From: Paramecium tetraurelia
Taxonomy: Eukaryota
DNA length: 64,000 nucleotides
Direction of reading: 5' to 3'
Assembly (NCBI GenBank): GCA_000165425.1
Contig: CT868285.1
Location: 1 to 64,000 of the forward strand
Part shown: positions 53,911-64,000 of the stretch, one piece after another
How the letters are laid out: each line of letters begins with the position of its first letter
How positions within the stretch are numbered: position 1 is the first letter of the stretch
The notes under the pieces: model-generated
What the model saw: only the letters and a program-made list of their open reading frames with translations
What the model was told of the DNA's origin: nothing
Database searches by the model: none
Translations under genes and position numbers: made by a program

Positions 53911-55560
53911 ATGAATACTAAACTAGAATAAGTACCATTATTAAATACGACTTGTAGCTTGCACACATCGGAACATTTAAATTTGGTCTGTTTAACACCA
54001 TCCTGTTTAAGTTAAGGATTTATCTGTAAATTGTGTAGAAAATTACATGAAAATCATAATGTTGTAGAAGCTAATGAATTTTTGGATATCCTCAAAAGAT
54101 TAGTCAATTATGATGGAAAATACAAAACTCCAAATCAAATAGACCCTCTTATTGGTCGTACCACTTCCAGTTTAATGGCAATAATTGAAGAACTAGAAAT
54201 TTAGATAGAATATTTTAATGAGAAATTGAGTTAGATTAAAGCCTAATTTGATAAATATCGATAAATTTCCAACGATGTTTGTTTACTAAACAATCTGATA
54301 TATTATGTCTATGGAGTAGATTCCTAATAACCATTATTCCAAGAATAACTGTAAGGAGTTCTTAAAAGGATGTGTTTTCAATAAAAAAGGTTATCCTTAA
54401 TTTCAGTGGCTTCATGTCAAACTAATCATCTATTTGTTCCCAATGAAAGATTGTATTAAAATTTCTTAGAACCTGTATTGAATCAACTGAAGTAAATAAG
54501 ATAATCTCTAGATACTAAGATGATGTAACCGGATTCATATAACACTTTGAATCTGCAATTCAAAAATGGCTTGGATTTAGTTCACAATGCCTAATTTAAT
54601 ACAATCATCTTTGAATCAGAAAGCTTAACTGAGGAGGATAAAATCTTTGAAAAGTTTATCATCGATAGACCAGATAACAACCCATTCAAAAAATTAAAGA
54701 GATATAAATCTGAAACTAATCCTGTTGAAGAACCTTGTAATTAAGGAGTTGGAAGAGTTGAAAAGATATCAATTGTTGCTGGACACAAGATGTGGTATCA
54801 CGATCTGAGTTATGTAAGATTCAAACCAAGGAATTGGGTAGTAGAACCTAGAAATGCTTGTATTATTTGTAAATGTCATCCAAAATTTGCTAGAATCAAA
54901 GAATTTTTGAATTGTAAGTATGGAGATCTCTATGGACCTGTTGCATTAGATCTTCATTTATTCGAAGCATTTAAAAAGGCCGTGGCTAATAGAAAAGAAA
55001 AATAATTCCTTGTGGAAAGAAGTGGAATTTACTTTCATGATCTCTGTGTATATTGGTCTTCAATGGTGGATTGTGATGAAGTTAAAGGATCTGTAGATTT
55101 TGAATCTTTATGCAATGCTGTCAGAATTGCTTATGATACATTTTGTTATTTATGTAAGAGACGAGGAGCCACAATGAAATGTAATAATAAGGATTGCAAT
55201 GTTTGGATTCACTATTATTGTTGGAAAGAGTTGGATCCTTCTAATTAATATTTAGACAACGAAAGATTTAGGATGCTCTGTCACAGACATGCTTTAGGTT
55301 AAGATTATAAACCAGATTGGCTTTATTCTAATTAAATTGCATAAAGTATATCATCCTATTATTAACAACTAAAACCACAAAGACCCTAAAACCAAGTCAA
55401 AATTACACATAAAGAATAATATGAAGAAGATAATAAATCAGATGAAGATTAATAGTTTAGAGATCAATATAAAAGAAAACCTATCATCAAAGAATAACCA
55501 ATTAAATCAGAATAGTATTTTAATATCCCGGAACCTTACGATTATGATTCCATTTTATGA
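53911..55560 (+). CDS. B-box-like plus extended PHD (ePHD) zinc-finger protein
   Basis: N-terminal CSLH..VCLTPSC...ICKLC..H..H; C-terminal CIICKC...FHDLCVYWS...CYLCKRRGATMKCNNKDCNVWIHYYC...LCHRH. Confidence 0.88.
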
Positions 55561-56717
55561 TAAATTTATAAGAATAGGATAAAATTCTATTCATTTATAA
55601 TAAGTATATTAAATATTATCTTATTATGTACTTTTCATCTTTTGTAACCTATTAATAAGATTATATTCAATATCCCATACAGAATTATACTGTTTAAAGA
55701 TTATAAATATTTTTTAAATAGCTAAATTTCTCATGATGTTTATGTTTTTTGCAGAATACATACAACAATAATGATTATTGTTTTATTCAAGAAAATAATA
55801 AGGAGATACACGGATTTATATTTTAGTATAAGAAAAGAAGTTCAAGACCAATTTAATCTTCCTAAAATTCACTTTTAGATTATTAAGAATTGATATTTTC
55901 AAATTACTTTCAATCTTAAGCATATATTTTTTAAATTAGGTATTAAAGTTTCAAACAATCATAATATTCTTAAAATTTAATATGAAATTATTATTTAACT
56001 AATGTGATAACTCTTATTAAATTTGTAATATAAATTAATGAAGCTGCTTTACATATAAAAATTTATTCAATTCTTAAAACATACTATAGATTAAATGCCC
56101 ACTCATAATAAAAACCCAATTTTATCAAAATATTTCTATTTTGTTGTTGAAACTTGTTTTCAGCCTTATAAAGAGTTGCTTCTATATAAAATTGTAAAAT
56201 TTAGTAATGTAATTTTTGATTTTCTTACATATCCATTACTAACTTTGAATTAATTTAATTAAATTTTAACTTCCTCCCCTTTTTTAATCAAGAGTGAAAA
56301 TATCATTTATAAGTATTATAATTACCGTATTTGAATCCCTTGAAATGGGAAATTTAATTATTGTTCATGCTACACTTATTAAATAATAGAACAATCATAA
56401 CTTTAAGGTAGGTTAAGATTTTCTATATACATAAAGGAAATTATATGTAGTTTAAGAACTAGTCTATAAGAATTTATATTGTAGAAATTTAACTTGGTTT
56501 GACTGAAGTGATATTAAACTTCTTGTGGCAATCTTTGTAAATGATTTTCATTCATGTAATAACTATTAAAAGAATTTGACTATATAATAAGTTGATTTAA
56601 CAAAAGGTTATATATAAATTAGGTATAGTATAAAATATGTAGACTGCAGATCTAAGATATAAGTAAAAAGGAAAGATGGTGAGTATAGATTATATGTTAT
56701 AAAATATAATGATAGCA

Positions 56718-57035
56718 TCACATTATTTTATATCCACCAACTTATTCAATTACAACATCAATCTCGTCTCCGGTTTCCATTCCAATCTAATAGATAAAGA
56801 ATTAAATATACATCTGCGGGTGTTTAGGTCTCCAAAATCCTTTCTCCATCAAACAAGAATCTCACATTTTAGATTTGGAGCTAAAATATTCACTTCATAA
56901 TACATTTTGCCTAGAACAATAGGCATCCATCAATTTCTTAAATTATGTGGCCTTTTTGATTTTAAAGAAAACCTCTTCACCATCTTGTGATTTGACTTTT
57001 AAGTTCAAATATTCTGCTTATGATTGATCTGCCAT
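56718..57035 (-). CDS. SUMO: SUMO precursor
   Basis: [32 protein letters not shown]...RFLFDGERI...IDVVIEQVGG-YKIM*; introns of 23 and 25 nt. Confidence 0.97.
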
Positions 57036-57166
57036 TTTTGTTTATTAAAATAATTAATTTATTAATTAAAAGTGTTTGTATATATTTTATATATAAATAG
57101 ATGCGAATTCTTATTTATAATATAGAAACATAAACAATAAACAAAAATTACATTAATGTGCTATCT

Positions 57167-57915
57167 TCATGGAGTTCTCGAATCGATTAAGGTTTTTAAA
57201 ATTTATTGAAGATTATTTATCTATTTCCTTTCAGGGGAAACCTAGCATATTAATAATGGTTTACCTCATCATTTTCCTTAATGTGGAATTACTGAACTTT
57301 ACCATTTATTTGTCTTATCTCCTCAAAAACCTCTTAAAATAAGTTGTTCTTATTATTGTTGACGCATATAAAGGCTTCAAATAGCTGGTAATAGCAATCT
57401 ACTATTGATAGTTATCATACATTTAAAAGTTGAATTTATATTCCGAGTATTTATTATCCAGATATTAAAAAGATGATTCACACATTCTTAAGTATATGTG
57501 TGAACTACGCAGTCATAGTTCATATTTTAAGGACTCCAAGTTGAGGAATCATCATTCGTACTTTGAGTCATTGTTTCACAATTGTCTGCTAAAATTACTT
57601 TAAACATGAACTTACTGTATTCGATCATATTTTGCAGTCTTCTGGGACTTAAATGTAGATCATCAATCATAATTAAAATAAAGTGAGATTTCTAAGTGAT
57701 CTAAGGTAGTTGAGGCTGTTCGATGCATTCAAATGTAAATTATGAATTTACAATGAAACCATCAAAGTATTCATCATCTTAGCTAATAGTTTTTTTCTTT
57801 TATTGTTTCTCTAACTTAACAATTTTCTAGAGCAATACACATAAAATCATACATTCAAGTATTCCTCTTCCGAATTTGCATGCATACCTCCACTTCTAAG
57901 TCTCCTTACACTCAT
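57167..57915 (-). CDS. Hypothetical protein
   Basis: MSVRRLRSGGMHANSEEEYLN | 26-nt intron | KIVKLEK...; end approximate. Confidence 0.55.
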
Positions 57916-58401
57916 GTTTGGAAATTATGATTTTATTTCCTTTTATTTATTTATTTAAAAACACAATCATTAATATCAATTAATAATGCAAAATGACAAA
58001 TACTTTGAAAAAAGTTAATACAATTTTCAATTTAATAATTATTTCAAATATAGGATTCATTACAATATTTTTTACTATTAACTCCATCTCTATTAAAAGT
58101 ATTCAAAATCTTTATTAATTTTTGCATCAATAAAGACATCTCAACTCAAGTTAGTTGTTAAATATAAATTATTTATTATTCCATAAAAATATTAAAGATA
58201 ATTCTCAGATGTGTATAATTTTTCTAATTAACCATTTAAAACTTGGAAAAGGTAGATGTGGCTATGATAAAATCTTAGAAATAATTTGAAAAAAAGTCAC
58301 ACTTTTATTTTTTAAGTTTAAAAATAGTTTGTTTAATTTTATATAATATAAATTAATTTATACAGTTTAACACAATAGAATCTATATTTAGTATTGATTT
58401 T

Positions 58402-58617
58402 TCATTCAATTAGTAGGCAATTGTTTGATTGAGCAGGAATTTCCTTAATTCTTCTACTTACTATAGGATTTTTAAACGGATTAAAACTTCCTTTTTATTT
58501 AGTTTTCTCTCTCAAAACAGCCTGACTGTCATTAGACATTCTGACTTTGAGCATGGTTTCTGATAATTCTCCATCATTCTAGATTCTTTTTTATTTTTGA
58601 GCAGCACAAGTTCCCAT
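58402..58617 (-). CDS. Small N-myristoylated protein (71 aa)
   Basis: MGTCAAQK...LREKTKQKGSFNPFKNPIVSRRIK...*. Confidence 0.75.
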
Positions 58618-58772
58618 TTTTTTATTTAATTAATTGATCAAGATACTAATTAATATAAATACGACATGATAAATAGTATGAAATAAGAAATTGACAAATT
58701 TCATGTACTTAAAGGGAAATTTATGTAAATTCTTCAGAAAGTTATAAATAAACAACATATATATAGAATCAA

Positions 58773-58967
58773 TCAGGCTAGAGACTATCTAAGACGTCTG
58801 TTAAGAATTGGATTTCTGTATGGATTGTACAATTCTTGAGATTGTGTTTTTTCATTGATCAAAGCCTCAATATTGTTCTTTTCAGGTCCTTAATTGATGA
58901 CTTATGCGAAGGAGCCTTACAATTAGGCATCCACGTGATCTTTTGTTTTTGATTTGCAAATTCCCAT
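58773..58967 (-). CDS. Small N-myristoylated protein (64 aa)
   Basis: MGICKSK...INEKTQSQELYNPYRNPILNRRLRQSLA*. Confidence 0.75.
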
Positions 58968-59112
58968 TTCAGTTTGGTGTATTTTTAATATATTTTTTAA
59001 TAAATTTAATTTAGTATTATAAATAGCCCAAACTACAAATGACGTAACCCTGAAAACAATTTAAATATCTCTTTGTACTTTAAATTAGATGAATTATTTA
59101 TTTTAAATTAAC

Positions 59113-62100
59113 TCATAAATAATTATCCTTGCTTGCACTTTATTTCAAATTGCCTTGGCTCTGAGAGAGATTGGAATTAATCAAGCTCCTTTTTTGATGC
59201 AATTCAAAGTCTGGCATTTCCATTTCTGAAATTTGTTCCTTGAGCTTCTTCTCTAACTTGAATATTTTAGCTTAATCCAATTGCTACTTTTGTCTAGCTT
59301 ATCTTTTCATATAGTTAAGTAGCGTATCCTTTGATGTCTTAATTGTGAACATCAACAAATCAAGAATAAACATTGACAAAACAGACAATGCAAGACTCAA
59401 ATAAAAGGCATAGCTTGAAAATAACATCTATGTTGTTCCATATATTGCAGACGATGGAATAATGTTAGACACCCACATATAGGCAAAATAAGTACCTAAA
59501 CTGGTTCCTAGGTAGGCAACCCATGTGATGATTGTCCAAAATTGTGTGTTTAATGCTAGCTTTAATGTAACAAGCTAATATTGAATTTATTAATTACAAT
59601 CATGATAGCAGTTGACATGGACATACTAAAGAACCATAAATCATTGTTATATCCAGATTGTTTAACAAATGTAGTATCATTTAATTCAAAGTAGAATGAA
59701 AAGAAGCATGCCAATCCTTAGAATATTCCAATTGAAAACCATTTAAAAAACCTAAAAATTTACTATCAACATACTTTTCACTTGTAAATATAGTGTTTTT
59801 TTGCCCAATATAATAAAGTAATGGATAACTCTATCTAAGTATATCATTTTCCTCCTATCCCTCAGTAATTTTTTTGCTTCCTAATATGGTTTGCTTTCTT
59901 TATTGTGTATAGAACACATCTTCATCAAAAATGGCTCTTATTACCACCGGGAGGAATGTAAACACTGTATTGTAAAAGGAGACAAAGCTATGTAAAATGA
60001 TAAGAAGAAATACAATTCATCAAAAACACTTGTTCCTGTTAATCCATTAAAGAAGGCAAAATAGAACTGGGGGATAGTAAAAATGATATTCTTGTAAAAG
60101 AAGTATAAAATCATTTCTGAAATACGAATGTAATTTTATCTTCCATGATATAACACTAATTTCCAGAGACATTTGAATTAACCAATAGCATAATTACTGG
60201 CTTGAACAGCTCTCATACCCTCTTGACCATATATTCCAATACCAATGTGTGCCTCTTAAATCATATTAACATCATTAGCACCATCACCAACAGCTAGAGT
60301 AATCTTTCCGAGTTCATTCTTAACCAATCTCACCATATCCGCTTTTTATTTTGGTGTAACACGACAACAAATAACAGTATGAAGATGAGGAGCTAGCAAT
60401 ATTAAATATTTGGTTAGATTTTCATTTTCGTTTAATTCAGCCAATACAATACCTTCTATAATCATAGCTCTTTTAGTATCAGGTTTCTATATAACATGAT
60501 CTGCAATTTGATTAAATATATTAAGGATGTCACAGCCAGGAGTTAAAGTGAAAACGTCCATTTATTCTTATAACAAATTGCAAGATCGACCAATATTTTC
60601 AGCTGTTTCTAACTTATCTCCAGTCAACATCCACACATTTATATTTGCTTTAAGAAAGTCTGCTAATGTTTCTGGAACATCTTCTTATAATTTATCCTCA
60701 ACAGCTGTAGCTCCAATGAGTGTTAATTTGGTTTCAATTTTATTGATCAATTCAGTTTATTATTTTTCAGTGTCATTCCCACCTAGAGTATCATTCATGG
60801 CTTATGAAAATTAATTGAATTCTCTTTCATCAAGTACCCTCATGGCCAAACATAGAGTTCTCAATCCCTTCCTTGAAAACATATCCAACTTTTTATCAAT
60901 ACCCTCTAGAAATGGTTGTTTTGGACCCAATCTTTATTTGATAATAGCATCAGCCCCTTTGGTATATAGTTTAATCACTCCCTTATGCTTAATGATCACA
61001 GACATTCTCTTTCTATCACTATTAAACTCAAAAGAGAACAAGAGTTCGACTTTTTCCTTAACTCCCAGAACATCTATTTCCATAATGCCCATCGTAATTC
61101 CTTTGTAGAGAATATTTAATCTTCGAGCAGCATCTACTAATGCTATTTCATCTGGAGAAGGTCCTTAGTAATTAAATGTGCCATCATCTGAAAATTCAAG
61201 AACACACTCATGACAAGTGGCTAACAACATCAGATTTTCTTTGACTAAATCTCCTTGATTTCTAATCAAATAGGTATCAACATTAAGATCTATGATTGGG
61301 TTCTTATTGGGATCAGTTTCAGAAATGATGGATTAAATGACTGCACCAGAGAATGTGTATTCAATGCCTGCTTTTTCATTAACAACTGTGGATCTCCTTT
61401 AATGTAAAGTGCTTTGTCTTCTTAATATTTGATTGCCAACAAAAGTGCTCATTTCATGCTTATCAAACATGGACATATCTCCATAAATCTCATTTCCACA
61501 GACAGATATTTTGAATTCCATTTTGTTACAAGTTAAAGTTCCTGTTTTATCAGTAAATACATATTAGACCTATCCCAATTCCTCATTAATGGTTGTACTG
61601 AACACTTTAACATACTTATCATTTTCAGCAGTGTACATTTCCCCATCCTTTTACATAAATATTCCCTAGCCTACTTTGACAAATTCCAAAGATACTATTA
61701 AACTTATTGGTATAAAAGTATTTAAAAGTAGAAAATAGGCAGCGAAAGTCATCAAAGATGCCACAGCACAATTTGGGACGTCTGGAGCATATACTTCATC
61801 TTCTCCATGATAAGAGGTGTAGCCAGAAAAGCTTCTGCTAAAATAATCAAAGTTAATGGTCTTCACATCGCAATTAATTCCATATATTATTGCCAAAATT
61901 AAACAAATGAATGCTTGCATAATTAAGATGTAGATAATTCTGACGTTGATCAATTTATCTATGTTGCTCATTTTATTTTTTTGGTCCTCTGAGTTCTTCA
62001 TCACTTTGGTATCGATTCCTGTATAAACCACCACACCTATTACCCATTTGACATTCTTCAGTTTTGATCCTCTCAATAAAAAGTTCTTATGAGTTAATTG

Positions 62101-62741
62101 AATCTTCTTGCTCTCCAAAAACAGTGTACCGTCAAAATTATAAAGCAATTGGTTTGGGTTTATACACTCTATTATTCCTTGTCTGCATTCAATTGTTTGA
62201 GTCTCTTTTACTGCCTATTTCGGTTTCAAATTCTTCTCCCCATCCAAAGAGGATGTCTCAATAAAACATATCCCATCTTGCGATGTTTATAAAACAACTA
62301 AATCAGCTGAAATAATTTCCAATTCATCAATTTTTATTATGTCCCCTATTAGTACATCTTTCCATGTTTTTTTAACGAAACCTCCATTACTCCAAATTGT
62401 AGTTGGAGATGAATTTAATTCGTTATCACTCAGATGTTTCTGATAATCTTCGTACCCATCTCTTAACATGGACAAAGAAACCACAAAGAGTAAAGGCGCA
62501 ATTGAATTTATTGGACTAAAGGGAGATATGGATTTGAAAAAGGACAATATTGCAATGATAAGAAAATAAATATTAGCCATTCTCTAGAATTGCAATGCTA
62601 ATGAATATGGAAGGAAAGTAATTAGATTGTACCTCATTTAAGATTTATTGCATACCTGCTTGTTTGTATAAAGTTTGTAGGGTAATTGTATTGTTTATTT
62701 TGCAACTGCTACTCTGCTCCGAAGTAAAGTTTACGTTCCAT
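59113..62741 (-). CDS. P4-type ATPase (phospholipid flippase)
   Basis: [63 protein letters not shown]. Confidence 0.96.
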
Positions 62742-63270
62742 TCCTTAATTATATAAATTTATTCCATATAATTTTTTATAAACTCTTGAGTGGTAAATCT
62801 TTGTATTATAATTTCTGCAATACAACAAAATTACAACGCATAAATTAATGCAATCAATATTCTAAAATTGGCACATCGGCTTTTCATCCACTTCTTTGCC
62901 CTCCATCATATGCTGTTATTTTTCTACATTTAATTAACACAAGACTAATTGCTCTTAAAAAGATACTGATTTAATTTAATAACACAATATAAGAACATCA
63001 AAGATTAACAGGATCTATCTTAAAGACAAGAGACAATTTTTGTGTCCTTTTAATTCTGTTTCTTCCTTATTAATATTGGTTACTCTTCTGACAAAAGTTG
63101 TATTTTCATAAATTTATATTTCACTAGAAAATGAGTTTCATTTAGCTCACTTACGGCTGAGAAACCTATTATTTACTATTCTAAATATAAAGTTGTAATT
63201 ATAATTAAATATAGTAACATTAAAATCTTGAAATTAGTAGTGAATCATATAAATATGAATTATTACAAAA

Positions 63271-64000
63271 TCATAAACCGTTGGATTGAATACTATCCGC
63301 CAATTCCATGAAGGATACACACAATGTGGGAAACCTCAGCTGAAACTCTTGATCTTATTATAATATTCTGATAGTTTCAGCCACTATTAATAATTAAGTT
63401 TGTATTGATTTGTTGAACTTTTTATCCTAGATTAATATACACTCGTCATCTTATTGAGGGGGTCTGATCAACCCTTAATTTCTTAACTCTCTCCTTATTT
63501 TGTTTTAAATTACTATTTAGCAATTATTTTTTTATGAAAATAATTATCTTATGTGATCTCTAGTCTTTGATTTTAATTAGTCCAAATTTCCTACCAATTA
63601 CAATAGGGAGCATAGTTATTTATATTGTTACAATCCCTATTGTGATTAAAAACTATTTGGATTTGTGAGTATCAATTAATGTGAATCACCAAGAACCATT
63701 TTTGATGACTAGCTCTAATGACTCTTATTAGTCTAACGTTTCTTACAGCAAGTCTGCCCCATGTAATTTAATTTTATCTTTATTTTAATTAGGTTATAAT
63801 AAATTAATTCAATTATATTTGGAAAGTTTCTATTTTTTCTTTAAAATAATATCATCACTTCTTAATTGTTATCTCATTAATTTATCAACGTCTTTGTCGA
63901 TTTTATATTATTCATAGAGTATCTGCATTTCCTCAAAAATAGACTTCCCATTATTAAATAACTACTCAGCTTCTTACTCTAATCTCACGTATTCTAAATG
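63271..64000 (-). CDS. 3' part of a Gln/Asn-rich hypothetical protein (5' end outside window)
   Basis: Coding-like frame ending ...QLRFPTLCVSFMELADSIQSNGL*. Confidence 0.55.

Overview
AT-rich, gene-dense eukaryotic DNA with the hallmarks of a Paramecium-type ciliate macronuclear chromosome. TAA/TAG read as Gln, TGA is the only stop, introns are tiny (about 22-31 nt, GT..AG) and intergenic spacers are very short. The supplied standard-code ORF track therefore fragments or misses most genes, so I retranslated by eye with the ciliate code; gene ends marked uncertain are approximate. The window holds about 35 protein genes: several Ser/Thr kinases and pseudokinases, a CNBD-type K+ channel, proteasome Rpt1, Rieske Fe-S protein, UBE2S, an ABCC transporter, ATP synthase subunit b, a Kelch protein, CNOT10, a mitochondrial carrier, V-ATPase G, bL28m, an ePHD protein, SUMO and a P4-ATPase. 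It also holds the code-defining tRNA-Gln with a UUA anticodon and two decayed pseudogenes. The least explained features are a nested-stem ~270-nt intergenic element (14540-14811), a tRNA-like A/B-box island lacking an acceptor stem (44036-44134), and a GC-rich foreign-looking ORF remnant at the left edge with a possible -1 slippery site. Also unexplained are an ATGA stop/start overlap and a tandem pair of tiny myristoylated proteins sharing a motif.
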